Below are positions 37,924-48,160 of a stretch of DNA of 64,000 nt, one piece after another (the first letter of the stretch is position 1; every line of letters starts with the position of its first letter). Location: positions 1 to 64,000 of the forward strand of contig CAVRCI010000003.1 in the NCBI GenBank assembly GCA_963719495.1, read 5' to 3'. The notes beneath the pieces were generated by a model, which saw only the letters and a program-made list of their open reading frames with translations, was not told where the DNA came from and made no database searches. This stretch comes from an uncultured Verrucomicrobiae bacterium (GTDB lineage Bacteria; Verrucomicrobiota; Verrucomicrobiia; Chthoniobacterales; JAATET01). Made by a program: the position numbers and the translations under genes.

Positions 37924-40698
37924 ATGCCACGCCCACAGATTCGCCCTCGATTCCCGCTTCTCCACTGCCTGATCGCGGCGGCGATGCTCGTGGTGCCGGG
38001 CCTCACGGGAACCCGAGCGGCTGAATCCGACGGCGCGAATCGAGCGGACGAGGACAAAGCGACCATTCGCGTCACCGGCTACACGCCGTGGGCTTGGAAC
38101 GCCCTCACCCGCGCCCGGCGCTCGGCCCTTCAGGATTGGCTGGCCACCGAGCGCGATCCGGTGACGGGCGAACTCTGGGGCGACCTCATCAAGCTCGCGC
38201 CCGACAACCAGCTCAGCTTCCCGGGATTCAGCCTCAAGCTCCTCAACTTTGCCGCCGGCACGGGCGAGGAGGTCATCACGACGCCGGACGTCGGCGTGCA
38301 GGATTTTTTTCGCTACCGCGACCAGCGGTTCCTCCTGCCACTCAATCCCTTCATCTGGGAGATCCGCGCGGACGAGGCCGGCAAGCCGCTGCGGGCAAAG
38401 GACGGGAGCTGGGACTACGTCCTCGATGCCCGCGGCGAACGCGTGGTGGTCTGGCCCGACTGGGAAAAGGTCCCCGCGGCCTTCCGGGACATCGTCACGA
38501 ACGACGGCGACGTCTTCGGCCTCCCGATCCAGCGCACGGGGGTGGGACTCATGTATCGACGCGACATGTTCGAGCGGGCCGGGCTCGACCCCGATGCTCC
38601 GCCGCGTGATTGGGATGAGCTGTTCGACGTGGCCCTGCGTATCTCCGCGACTGGCGAAGGAGAGTCTCGCCGGTATGGCCTCATGTTGGCCGGCGATTTC
38701 GTGGAACTTCACACCCTCGGCGGCGGCGGAGAGAGCGCCCGGGTCGAGGAATACCCGGACGGCGCGACTCGCTGGGTCGCGGACTTCGCCTCGCCCGAAC
38801 GCCTCGCCGCGCTGCGCTTCGTCCGCCGTTGCACGCTCACGAAATGGATCGTGACGCCGGACGGCACGCCGCTGATCGTCTGGGAGCCGGATCGCGAGAC
38901 GCAGCCAGTGGTCGAGCATCCTTCCCTCGGAATCGGTCGTTGGGAGGGTGAACCCGGTCGCTCTGGAAGCCAGATCATTTTCCCCGACGCGGCCTACGGA
39001 CCCGCCCAGATCCGCACCGGCGTCGCCTTTAATCAATTGGGCGGATACGGCGTCGGCAACGACGACAAGTGGTACAACCTCTTCGCCGAACCGGAGGGCC
39101 GGCTGGCGATGAGCGTGCAGACGCCGGCGGCCATGATTCAGCAGCTGCAGGCCCTCGACCCCACGCAGGTCGGGTTCGGTCCAATCCCCCGCGGAAAGGC
39201 GGGTGCATTCATCCGCGCCGAGGGGCAGATCGGATCGCTGAACTACGTGCTGGCCGACAATCCCGAGCGGGCCCGGCTGTCCTGGGCCGTGCTCAGTTTC
39301 CTGGCCAGTCGCACTTACGAACGCCTCGCGGTCCATTCCTACGTGCGGGAGGGAGAAGGCGTGGCCGACACCCTCGACCCACGGCTACTCGTCGAGGAAG
39401 GTTACGAGACCATCACCGAGCAGATGTCGCCTTCCATGAAGGCCTATTGGGAGGGACTCGAGTCGTCGACGAAAGCGCCCATAGTGGCGCGGAATTTCCA
39501 GACCTTGTCCGACCAATACCTCCAGCCGATCTACCGGCGCGCGTCGCTGGAGCCAGACTACGACTACCTCACGGCCATCACCGGGGCGGAGGAGCAAGTG
39601 CAGAAGCGGCTGGATTTCCAGATGGGCGATTATCAGCGCGTCGAGGGGCGGGGCTGGATCATCACGGCGATCGTCGTCATTTTCGGCGCCGTCATCATTT
39701 TCAGCTGGGTCGCGTTCCGCTCGCTCTCCCAGCGCTACGACACTTCCAGTCAACGACCCGCGAAACGAAGCCGCGCGGACCGACGCCGAGCCCTCACGGC
39801 CTACTCCCTGCTGGCTCCGGGGATGATCCTCATCCTGGTCTTCAGCTACTACCCGATCCTCATTTCGCTGCCAATCGCGTTCCAGGATTACTACGTGGTC
39901 GGTGAAAGCGAGTGGATCGGTATCGCCAACTTCGTCGAGGTCTTCAGCAATCCGGTGACGTGGATCTCGCTCGCAAAAGCATTCTATTACCTGGGGCTCA
40001 CGGCCGCGGTCGGCTTCCTGGCCCCGGTGGTGCTCGCAATTCTGTTGAGCGAAACGTTCTCCATGCGCTACCTGCTGCGCACCATCTACTACCTGCCCGC
40101 CGTGGTCGCCGGGATTGTCATGCTGCTCATGTGGCGCCGGTTCTTCGAAGCGACCCCGGAAGGAATGGTCAACCGGCTCGTCATGCCGCTGATGGAACTC
40201 TGGAACAAAGTCGCGCCCGGCATCCGGTGGGACATCGCCGTCGAGCCCGTCGATTGGCTGCATCACCCGATCCTGGGCATTCCCAGCATCGTCTTCGTCG
40301 GCATCTGGGGCGGGATGGGACCCGGGATGCTGATTTATCTCGCGGCGCTCAAGAGCGTGCCGGAGGAACTCTACGAAGCGGCGGAACTCGATGGGGCCGG
40401 CTGGTGGGCGCGCTTCAGCCAGATTACCCTCTCTTATCTCCGTCCGCTTCTCGTGATCAACTTTGTCGGAGCGGTCATCGGAGCCTTCCAAGCTTCGGGA
40501 AACATTCTGGCGCTCTCCGGGAATTTCCCGGCGACCTACACCTTCGCGGTGCACATTTGGTTCGAGGCCTTCGGGCTCGGGCAATTCGGTGTCGGCACGG
40601 CTCTTTCGTGGGTGATGGCCAGTCTGCTGGTCGGCTTCACCGTCTGGCAGCTCCGGATCCTTCGCGACGTCGAATTCAAAAAAGCGGGAGCAGACTGA
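37924..40698 (+). CDS. Sugar ABC transporter: solute-binding protein fused to permease (start uncertain, 37792-37984)
   Basis: SBP part LMYRRDMFERAGLDPDAPPRDWDEL; permease part WIGIANF, LRTIYYLP, EAA loop ELYEAAELDGA. Confidence 0.9.
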   Translation: MPRPQIRPRFPLLHCLIAAAMLVVPGLTGTRAAESDGANRADEDKATIRVTGYTPWAWNALTRARRSALQDWLATERDPVTGELWGDLIKLAPDNQLSFPGFSLKLLNFAAGTGEEVITTPDVGVQDFFRYRDQRFLLPLNPFIWEIRADEAGKPLRAKDGSWDYVLDARGERVVVWPDWEKVPAAFRDIVTNDGDVFGLPIQRTGVGLMYRRDMFERAGLDPDAPPRDWDELFDVALRISATGEGESRRYGLMLAGDFVELHTLGGGGESARVEEYPDGATRWVADFASPERLAALRFVRRCTLTKWIVTPDGTPLIVWEPDRETQPVVEHPSLGIGRWEGEPGRSGSQIIFPDAAYGPAQIRTGVAFNQLGGYGVGNDDKWYNLFAEPEGRLAMSVQTPAAMIQQLQALDPTQVGFGPIPRGKAGAFIRAEGQIGSLNYVLADNPERARLSWAVLSFLASRTYERLAVHSYVREGEGVADTLDPRLLVEEGYETITEQMSPSMKAYWEGLESSTKAPIVARNFQTLSDQYLQPIYRRASLEPDYDYLTAITGAEEQVQKRLDFQMGDYQRVEGRGWIITAIVVIFGAVIIFSWVAFRSLSQRYDTSSQRPAKRSRADRRRALTAYSLLAPGMILILVFSYYPILISLPIAFQDYYVVGESEWIGIANFVEVFSNPVTWISLAKAFYYLGLTAAVGFLAPVVLAILLSETFSMRYLLRTIYYLPAVVAGIVMLLMWRRFFEATPEGMVNRLVMPLMELWNKVAPGIRWDIAVEPVDWLHHPILGIPSIVFVGIWGGMGPGMLIYLAALKSVPEELYEAAELDGAGWWARFSQITLSYLRPLLVINFVGAVIGAFQASGNILALSGNFPATYTFAVHIWFEAFGLGQFGVGTALSWVMASLLVGFTVWQLRILRDVEFKKAGAD

Positions 40699-40699
40699 C

Positions 40700-42580
40700 A
40701 TGCCGATCATCTCAAACATCGAAAGGCGGACCACGGCGGGCCGCTTTGCCGTCGGCACGATCTACGCCGTGCTCATCATCGGGGCCATTTCGATGCTGTA
40801 TCCGTTCCTGCTCATGCTCCGCCTGGCGACAGCCGACGCCGTGGATCAGCATTCGCTCTCCCCCCTCCCCGCCTTCTGGTGGGACGAGGACGTGCTGGTG
40901 CGGAAATACTTGGAGAATCAGTACAGCGAAAAGGGCCAGCAACTCCCCTACGCCTACGGCTCGACCGAATGGACGGCGTTCTCCCAGGCCGACGGATTCT
41001 GGGAAAAGTCGTTCAAGCCGCTCGAATCCGTCCCCTTCGCCGCGATCGAACGCCGCACCAACGACTACCGCGAATACCTCGCCCAGGCCGACCTCCGCTT
41101 CCTCTACCCCCAGTTCACCTACATCCCGGGCCGCGGCCAGTCGGATCGCTGGATTGCCTTCTGGCTCGCCGAGAAGGAAGGCGTCCCGCCCGACACCTAC
41201 CGCTACTTCGAGCGGCCCCGGCCCGATTGGAAACGCCGCGACTGGACCCCGACCTACGGCAAGCCCTGGAACGACTGGCAGGAATGGCTGGCCTGGCTCC
41301 AGCCCGCCGAACGCTACGCCTTCTCCTCGAGCTACCCGTGGCAGCGTTTTCTGGGACTGAAATACGACACGGTCGCCGCCCTCAACGCCGCGCACGGGTC
41401 GGACCACACCAGCTTTGCCGTCGGCCCGGTCCTGCCGGTCGATCCGCCGGACGCGGATTCGCCGCTCCGGGCGGATTGGATCGAGTTCGTCGAAACCAGC
41501 TACCCGCTCTACTGGCAGCAACTCACCCCCGGGGCGGTCGCGGCCAACGAGCTCTCCTGGCGGAACTGGCTGCGGACCGATAAAAACATCCGCAACCCGG
41601 CCGATTGGAAAGCCTTCACCGGTCTCGAAGTCGCGTCACTCGACGAGATCGAACTGTCGGCGGAAATGCCGCCGAACGAAATTCTCGCCCGGTGGTGGAC
41701 CGAATACGTTGCCGACGAAATCGGCTGGGAGGGCCGCCGCATCCTCTCCAGCGAGGCGGATTTCCACGCGCTGCTCCGGGGCAAATACCCCGACCTCGCC
41801 GCGCTCAACGCCGCCTGGGACACGTCCTACACCGACTGGAGCGAAATCCGTTTCCCGCTCGCGTCCGCCGATTACCACACGCTCAAGACCTACGGGTGGC
41901 GCATCAAGAGCTACCTGACCTTCAAAAATTTCGAGATCGTCCTCCAGTCCCTCGTCTTCGAGGGCGGCGCGTTCTTCAACACGTTCGTCGTCATCTCGCT
42001 CAGCATCCTCACCTCGCTCACGGTCAATCCGCTCGCCGCCTACGCGCTCTCGCGCTTCCGGCTCCGCAATTCCAACAAGATCCTCATCTTCCTCCTCGCG
42101 ACCATGGCGCTCCCGGCTGAAGTCGCCATCGTGCCCAGCTTCCTCCTCGTCCGCGACCTCGGCCTCACCGACAACTACCTCGCCCTCGTCCTGCCGCAAG
42201 CCGCCAACGCCTTCAGCATCTTCCTCCTCAAGGGCTTCTTCGACTCCCTGCCGTCGGAACTCTACGAAGCCGCCCTGCTGGACGGAGCCGGCGAATTCAC
42301 GCTCTTCTTCCGCATCACGATTCCCCTCTCGATGCCCATCATCGCGGTCACGCTTCTCAGCACCACCGTGGCGTCCTACAACCTCTTCATGCCGGCCGTG
42401 ATGTACATCGGCGACGTCACGATGTGGCCAATCTCGACGAAAATCTACGAGATCAACCAGACCAACAGCATCGGCGTCGGCATGGCCGCCCTCGTGGTCG
42501 CCAGCATCTTCCCGCTCCTCGTCTTCACCTTCTGCCAACGCATCATCATGCGCGGCATCATTCTTCCGACGATGAAATAG
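40700..42580 (+). CDS. Carbohydrate ABC permease with large periplasmic insertion
   Basis: SMLYPFLLM; about 370-aa insert; AAYALSR, IFLLKGFFDSLPSELYEAALLDGA. Confidence 0.9.
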   Translation: MPIISNIERRTTAGRFAVGTIYAVLIIGAISMLYPFLLMLRLATADAVDQHSLSPLPAFWWDEDVLVRKYLENQYSEKGQQLPYAYGSTEWTAFSQADGFWEKSFKPLESVPFAAIERRTNDYREYLAQADLRFLYPQFTYIPGRGQSDRWIAFWLAEKEGVPPDTYRYFERPRPDWKRRDWTPTYGKPWNDWQEWLAWLQPAERYAFSSSYPWQRFLGLKYDTVAALNAAHGSDHTSFAVGPVLPVDPPDADSPLRADWIEFVETSYPLYWQQLTPGAVAANELSWRNWLRTDKNIRNPADWKAFTGLEVASLDEIELSAEMPPNEILARWWTEYVADEIGWEGRRILSSEADFHALLRGKYPDLAALNAAWDTSYTDWSEIRFPLASADYHTLKTYGWRIKSYLTFKNFEIVLQSLVFEGGAFFNTFVVISLSILTSLTVNPLAAYALSRFRLRNSNKILIFLLATMALPAEVAIVPSFLLVRDLGLTDNYLALVLPQAANAFSIFLLKGFFDSLPSELYEAALLDGAGEFTLFFRITIPLSMPIIAVTLLSTTVASYNLFMPAVMYIGDVTMWPISTKIYEINQTNSIGVGMAALVVASIFPLLVFTFCQRIIMRGIILPTMK

Positions 42581-42603
42581 CCGCCCGGCAGTCCGCAACG
42601 ATT

Positions 42604-44187
42604 ATGAAACTCAGCTTGTTCCGCCTCCTCCCGATTTGCCTCCTCGCCCCCGGCGTCGTCATTTCCGCAAGCGAAAAGGATTTGAAAACCACCACCAGCG
42701 TCGCTCTCGGCCAGGAATTCACCGCGAATCCCTACAACCATCCGAACATCCCGAACGTCGCCTTCGCCGGCTACGGCTACGGCGAAAAGCCCCTCCCGGA
42801 ACCCGCCGTCGTGGCCGACGTGAAGAGCGAAGGCGCGAAGGGCGACGGCCGCACCGACGACACCGCCGCGTTCCAGGCGGCCATCGCGAAGGCTGGAGAA
42901 AAAGGCGGAGCCGTGGCGATCCCGGCCGGCGAATACAAGCTCACCGACGCCCTCGTCATCACCCAGCCCGGCGTCGTCCTCCGCGGCGAGGGCCCCGACC
43001 GGACCATCCTCGCCTTCGCAAAACCCCTCGCCCAGAGCAGTCTGTCCTTCATGACCGGCAGCCGCCCCTCCTGGTACGGCGGAATGATCTGGATCGAACC
43101 CGGCGAGCCGAAGCAACCGAAGGACGCCGTCGCCGCCGACGTCCAGTTGGCGGTCATAGCCCCCGCCAGCCTGGGCGACTTCTCCGTGGAAGTGTCCGCC
43201 GCCGACGCCGAAAAACTCCGTCCCCTCGTTGGACAAATGGTGCAAATGACCTGGGAAGGCGACAAATCGCTCGCCATGCACATCGCCGGCGACCCCTCGA
43301 TGGAGGCCTACGATTGGAACTCCTGGGCGATGATGAAAGGCGGCTCCCTGGCCTGGCATTGGGCCAACGAGATCACCGCCGTTTCCGGCTCAACCGTCAC
43401 CTTCAAAAAACCGCTTCGACTCGACGTCCAACCGAATTGGAAAGTCACGATCAACGTCGGCCGCGATTACCTCACCAACTGCGGCGTCGAGCACCTCACC
43501 ATCCGATTTCCCGACACCAAAAAAGCCGACCACCTCAAGGACCCCGGATACAACGGCATCATGCTCCGCAACACCGCCCATTGCTGGGTGCGCGACGTCA
43601 CCATCGACAACACCGACAACGCCCTTCTCTTCGGTGGCGAGGTCATCAACTGCACCGCCACCGGCATCGAGATCACCGGTCGCCCGAATCACCACGGCAC
43701 GATGACGCGCGCCATGTCGCACGACAACCTCATCGAGAAATTCCACATTACCTCCGAGCCCCATCACGGCATCAACACCGAAGGCGCGTCCAGCGGCAAC
43801 GTCTGGCGCGCCGGCGTGATGGACCACGGCACCTTCGACTCGCACTGCATGATGTCCTTCGACTCCGTTCGCACCGACATCAAGATCAACAACACCGGCA
43901 ATCCCGGCGGAGCCAAGGACCACGGACCCTTCGTTGGACGCCGTATGGTGAGTTGGAACATCGACATCACCAACAACAACGCCGAATGGATCGCCCAGCC
44001 CGCGATCTTCCCCAGCGGCGCCATCGTCGGCATCCGCGGCGCCGCGCTCGATCTCAAAGCGACCGACCTCTGGCACATGCCCGACGGCCTCGACAAAGGC
44101 TGCGTCGTCGCCGACATCGGCACCAAACCCGCCGCCCCGGATCTCTACGAAGCGCAGCTGAATCTCCGCCTCGGCGCTCAGCGCTGA
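42604..44187 (+). CDS. Secreted pectate-lyase-superfamily (right-handed beta-helix) protein
   Basis: Signal peptide; GAKGDGRTDDTAAFQAAI, IPAGEY, VVLRGEG, NCGVEHLTI, CWVRDVTI. Confidence 0.85.
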   Translation: MKLSLFRLLPICLLAPGVVISASEKDLKTTTSVALGQEFTANPYNHPNIPNVAFAGYGYGEKPLPEPAVVADVKSEGAKGDGRTDDTAAFQAAIAKAGEKGGAVAIPAGEYKLTDALVITQPGVVLRGEGPDRTILAFAKPLAQSSLSFMTGSRPSWYGGMIWIEPGEPKQPKDAVAADVQLAVIAPASLGDFSVEVSAADAEKLRPLVGQMVQMTWEGDKSLAMHIAGDPSMEAYDWNSWAMMKGGSLAWHWANEITAVSGSTVTFKKPLRLDVQPNWKVTINVGRDYLTNCGVEHLTIRFPDTKKADHLKDPGYNGIMLRNTAHCWVRDVTIDNTDNALLFGGEVINCTATGIEITGRPNHHGTMTRAMSHDNLIEKFHITSEPHHGINTEGASSGNVWRAGVMDHGTFDSHCMMSFDSVRTDIKINNTGNPGGAKDHGPFVGRRMVSWNIDITNNNAEWIAQPAIFPSGAIVGIRGAALDLKATDLWHMPDGLDKGCVVADIGTKPAAPDLYEAQLNLRLGAQR

Positions 44188-44322
44188 CCCGCCCCCTTCC
44201 CGGTCCCGGAGGGACATCCGGATTTTAGCCGGTGGCGCGAGCCACCGGGTTCCACGTCATCAACGCACGCGCCCCGAATGGGGCGCCGGACTCACAACCG
44301 TCTCGAGCACGGCGGAGGGGTC

Positions 44323-44406
44323 GCGGAGGGGTCGGTCATTCATATTGACACATCGGCGGCTGCGGCGGAGGGGTCGGTCATTCATATTGACACATCGGCG
44401 GCTGCG
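44323..44406. repeat. 42-bp exact tandem duplication
   Basis: GCGGAGGGGTCGGTCATTCATATTGACACATCGGCGGCTGCG x2. Confidence 0.9.
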
Positions 44407-44550
44407 GGAACGAAGCCGTTGTATGCGCGGACACCATCCAAAATGCGCTCAAGTGGAATGACCACTCCCACAATGACGCTACCAGCCGCAGTTATCGCTG
44501 CGCCCCGAAACGAGGCAATGACGGCACAAATCAGATCAACGGCGGTTTAC

Positions 44551-46281
44551 TTACGCCGGACTGACGATCGTCTCCAGCACGTGCCTTCCAGGCGGCAAGA
44601 TCGTGGTGAGGATCGGAACATCGGTGAATCGATGGATGAGGTTGCCGCCCCTCGGCGATTCCTGCACGGACGGGACCCGCCGATCACGAAATTCCATCCG
44701 GCTCGTCAGCCCCCCACCGGAAAGTACGATTTGCGTCGGTGAAATCTCATGTTCCCCCCGCGGACAGGGAAATCCCCCTTCCAGCACCTCCGTCTCCCGC
44801 TCGAGTTCCAGAACGTGCCGGGCCGCGTAGCCGGTTCCGCTCGGAGTCAACGTGGTCTCCACGTGCGACCACGGTGCCGGTCGCCATTCGATCCGCGCGG
44901 AATGCCCATCAATGCTCGCGCTCAGGGGGCGCTCGCGACCGATCCAGGCGGTCTCATCGGTCGCGCGAAGGATCAGCGCCAGATCGACCGGGGGCATCCC
45001 GTCGCAGCCCAGTAGTTCGAAGCCGTGCCTCGTGCCGTACGCAAATCGCCCGTAACGGCTGTCGGCACGTCCCATCCAAGCGGGCCCGTATTGCCCCGCC
45101 ATCAGCAACAGTGGTTCGTCGGGGGTGCCAGCGAGCACTCCTCCAAATTCCAGAAAAGGAATCGCCGAGTTTCTCGTCGCCGCGGGCGCAGCCCCCGCGG
45201 ACCAGAATGGATGCGTTGCGGGTTGGCCCAGTGCGAGTAGCGACTTGAGGCACCAGTAGGGCGACGTCTCGGCGATGTACAGCTCCGCGACATTTTCGTT
45301 CGGGTAGGTGCAACCCAGCCCCAGGCATCCGTCGTCCCGGCGAACGGGTCGTGCATGCCACCAACGCCGCTGACGCCGCCACAGCCCGGCGATCACCGGC
45401 CACGGAAGGGCCTCGCAATCGACGAGCGCCAAGGTCGCCCAAGCGGCATTCCAGACTTCGCGGTAGCACAGACTGCGACCCCACAGGATCGGCGCGCCAT
45501 CGGCGGCGGCGAAGTGTTGGAAATTGGCGGCGAAAGCGACCGACCGGGCGAGTAGTGCGCGTGCCCGTTCCGGCTGTCTGGGCGCGAGCATCTCCGCGGC
45601 AATCGGACCGTAGCAATGGAACGCCGCGGGAAGGTAAAGGTCCGCCGAGCGGGTGCCGGGATCGCAACCATCGAAATACCAGCCGTCTCCCGAGTACATC
45701 GCGTCGAGGGCATCGAGGTCCTCCTCGATCCGCGTCCACGAACCCGAACCGACCAGCGCGTCGAGCGCAAGATTCACGAGCACCCGGAACCACAGCCAGT
45801 TGTTCGGATGGACTCGGCGATGGTTGATTTGATCCAGCCAATCAACCGCCCTCTGGCGCTCCCCCGGCGAAAGCGGCTCCCACATTTCCCTCCGCGCCCA
45901 CAGCAGCGCCATCGCGACGGCGGGCATCTCACAAAATCCCTGGCAAAGATCTTCGCACGGCCCCCAAAAGTCCGGGTGATCGGGATCCGTGCCGGCGATC
46001 AGACCCGCCCGCCACCGGCTCCACATCCGCCCATCAAGCCGCGCCCCGTCGCCGGCTCGCGCCAGCGCGGCCATCGCCCACAGCGGACGGGCGTAACCCT
46101 GGAATGCATCCCACACCGGCTCGTAAAACGCTCGCGGCGGCCCAATCACGATCCGCGCGCCCGACGGAGTCATGTGTGGAACGAGCGCCCAAAGCTCTTC
46201 GTTCAACCGCGCAATCGCGGCGTCCCGGCGTCGTTCGCCCGCCGCCCCCTCAACCACGAAACCCGCCCCGCGTGCGCACAC
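44551..46281 (-). CDS. DUF2264 family protein (start uncertain)
   Basis: GYARPLW, GTDPDHPDFWG, NNWLWFRVLV, GDGWYFDG, WGRSLCYR, ELYIAETSPYWCLK. Confidence 0.8.
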   Translation of the reverse strand: MCARGAGFVVEGAAGERRRDAAIARLNEELWALVPHMTPSGARIVIGPPRAFYEPVWDAFQGYARPLWAMAALARAGDGARLDGRMWSRWRAGLIAGTDPDHPDFWGPCEDLCQGFCEMPAVAMALLWARREMWEPLSPGERQRAVDWLDQINHRRVHPNNWLWFRVLVNLALDALVGSGSWTRIEEDLDALDAMYSGDGWYFDGCDPGTRSADLYLPAAFHCYGPIAAEMLAPRQPERARALLARSVAFAANFQHFAAADGAPILWGRSLCYREVWNAAWATLALVDCEALPWPVIAGLWRRQRRWWHARPVRRDDGCLGLGCTYPNENVAELYIAETSPYWCLKSLLALGQPATHPFWSAGAAPAATRNSAIPFLEFGGVLAGTPDEPLLLMAGQYGPAWMGRADSRYGRFAYGTRHGFELLGCDGMPPVDLALILRATDETAWIGRERPLSASIDGHSARIEWRPAPWSHVETTLTPSGTGYAARHVLELERETEVLEGGFPCPRGEHEISPTQIVLSGGGLTSRMEFRDRRVPSVQESPRGGNLIHRFTDVPILTTILPPGRHVLETIVSPA

Positions 46282-47707
46282 GCAGATTCCGCAGCAGCAG
46301 ATCGGTGCGCGTCATGCAGCGAATCGCGAACCGCCCGCACGACAGGACCGGGCCGTTATTGTCGTCCGCGCGGTCGGTCGCATCGATCACGACCGTCCCG
46401 TCGATCGCGCACTGGATGCGATCGCCAATCTGTAGGAAATCGAGTCGATGCCACGAACCAATCTCGTAGAGCGGACCGTGCACGCCGAATCCCATCGGGC
46501 GAAGCCACGGATTCTTCAGCATCGCGTGCGAGGCCACGTCGTTCCGCACGTCGTCCATCTCGCGGTAATACTCCCAGTGGTAATTTCGGATATCCTCCCA
46601 GCACACCGGACGCATCACGCCATTTGTCCTTGGTCGGTGGCAGGCCAGAAAATCCTCCCGCTGCATGCCGCTGCACTGCGTCATCAGCAGGCTCAACCCG
46701 CCCCGGCGCAGCGGCTGAAATTCGTAATTGATGTGCAAATCGCCCTCGAACCAATCCCGTGACCACAAATACACGTGGTTCAGATCGAGCACGGAAAAGT
46801 CGTGCAGCGGATCCGCCGGAGGGGTCGTGATCCGCAGGCCGTCCGCCGTGATCCGGGGAGCCTGCACGCAGCCCTGAAGGTGAAAACGGCGCAAATCCTC
46901 CGGGTCAGTCAGCCCCAACGACAACCTCTCCCGCCAATCCGCACCCTCCGGCGACTCGAACGTCGCGCGTCCGCGTCCGAGGTAGGTGCGCTCGAGTTGC
47001 CGCTGCACCGCCGCGTCCGGCTCGGGACATTCCTGCGCGAACAACCGGACCGCACCCGCCTCGTCCAGTTCCTCGTCGTATCCCCGCACCTCGCCCGTCG
47101 CAAACATCGTCGATCCCACGCACAGCATGCCCCCCGGCTCCGGCACGGACAACGGTCCCTCGTGCATCGTGTCGCTGTGCCCCACGAGCACCCCGTTGGC
47201 GAACAACCGGTGTCGATTGGCCGCCGCATCCCACGAATAGGCGAGGTGCACCCATCGACGCGCACGAAATTCCCAGTGGCCCGCCGCCGCGACCGCGTGC
47301 CGTTTCTTGAACGCTTCGTAAACGTAACCCGGCCCCCGCTTCAGGTAGAGGCTCGGCGTCCAAAAACTCGACCACACCAACGCCACGTGCGCCGCCCGAC
47401 TGTCCTTCACCGTCTCCCGGTCGCTGAAAAGCGTGAACTCGTCCGCATCCGGCACCGACAGACTGTGCGTTTCGAGCTTCTGCGCCGGATGCAAGTCCTC
47501 CAGCGCCATCACCCAGATCGTCAGGGTTCCCCGCGGTTCCCCCAGATGATGCGGCCCCAGCACGATCCCGCCAAACACGTCGTCCAGGGTCAATCCCGAA
47601 CGCCCCTCGTGCGTGACCCGCCGCACCCCACCACGACGCACGTCCAACTCATCCTTCGGAATCGACGCCACATCGTAGGTAAATCGCGGAGACATGCGCG
47701 CGATCAT
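46250..47707 (-). CDS. LamG/ConA-like domain plus DUF1961 (YesU-like) protein
   Basis: WVHLAYSWD...LFANG; HVYLWSRDWFEGDLHINYEF, NYHWEYYR, GRFAIRCM. Confidence 0.7.
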   Translation of the reverse strand: MIARMSPRFTYDVASIPKDELDVRRGGVRRVTHEGRSGLTLDDVFGGIVLGPHHLGEPRGTLTIWVMALEDLHPAQKLETHSLSVPDADEFTLFSDRETVKDSRAAHVALVWSSFWTPSLYLKRGPGYVYEAFKKRHAVAAAGHWEFRARRWVHLAYSWDAAANRHRLFANGVLVGHSDTMHEGPLSVPEPGGMLCVGSTMFATGEVRGYDEELDEAGAVRLFAQECPEPDAAVQRQLERTYLGRGRATFESPEGADWRERLSLGLTDPEDLRRFHLQGCVQAPRITADGLRITTPPADPLHDFSVLDLNHVYLWSRDWFEGDLHINYEFQPLRRGGLSLLMTQCSGMQREDFLACHRPRTNGVMRPVCWEDIRNYHWEYYREMDDVRNDVASHAMLKNPWLRPMGFGVHGPLYEIGSWHRLDFLQIGDRIQCAIDGTVVIDATDRADDNNGPVLSCGRFAIRCMTRTDLLLRNLRVRTRGGFRG

Positions 47708-47863
47708 CGTTCACTCGCCGCGCAAGACAAGATCGAAGCCCCTTTTCGGCAGGTTCAGGGTGTGATTGCGAAAATTGTCGGTCATGCGGCGCGCTGGGTG
47801 AAGAAGTGGGCGCGGAAGGGATTCTGCGCCCTACCTTTGGTGACCGTTTTCGCGGTCACACCC

Positions 47864-48143
47864 GAATGGCACTGCTTTAAGCGGTTCGTCGGCGGAAAAC
47901 GGGTTACTGGTTCACCGGATGACTTGAGTCCAAACTGGCTTATTTACCCTCGCAGGGCAGTTGCGCGCAGTGTGCAGAAAGTCAGAGATTCTTCGGATTA
48001 CCTCAGAATGACAGCTTGGGGGGACGGGAGACATTCGTTGCGAAGCAACGTCTTCGTCCAAACCTGTCATCCTGAATGCAATGAAGGATCTCTGACTTTT
48101 CAGGACGAGAGCGGTCGAAAACTCGCTTAAAACAGTGCCATTC
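47864..48143. mobile_element. MITE-like element (280 bp), same TIRs as 37502, with 11-bp target duplication and an internal REP pair
   Basis: GAATGGCACTGCTTTAAGCG ... CGCTTAAAACAGTGCCATTC; flanks CGGTCACACCC (47853-47863) / CGATCACACCC (48144-48154). Confidence 0.75.
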
Positions 48144-48160
48144 CGATCACACCCGCAGAT

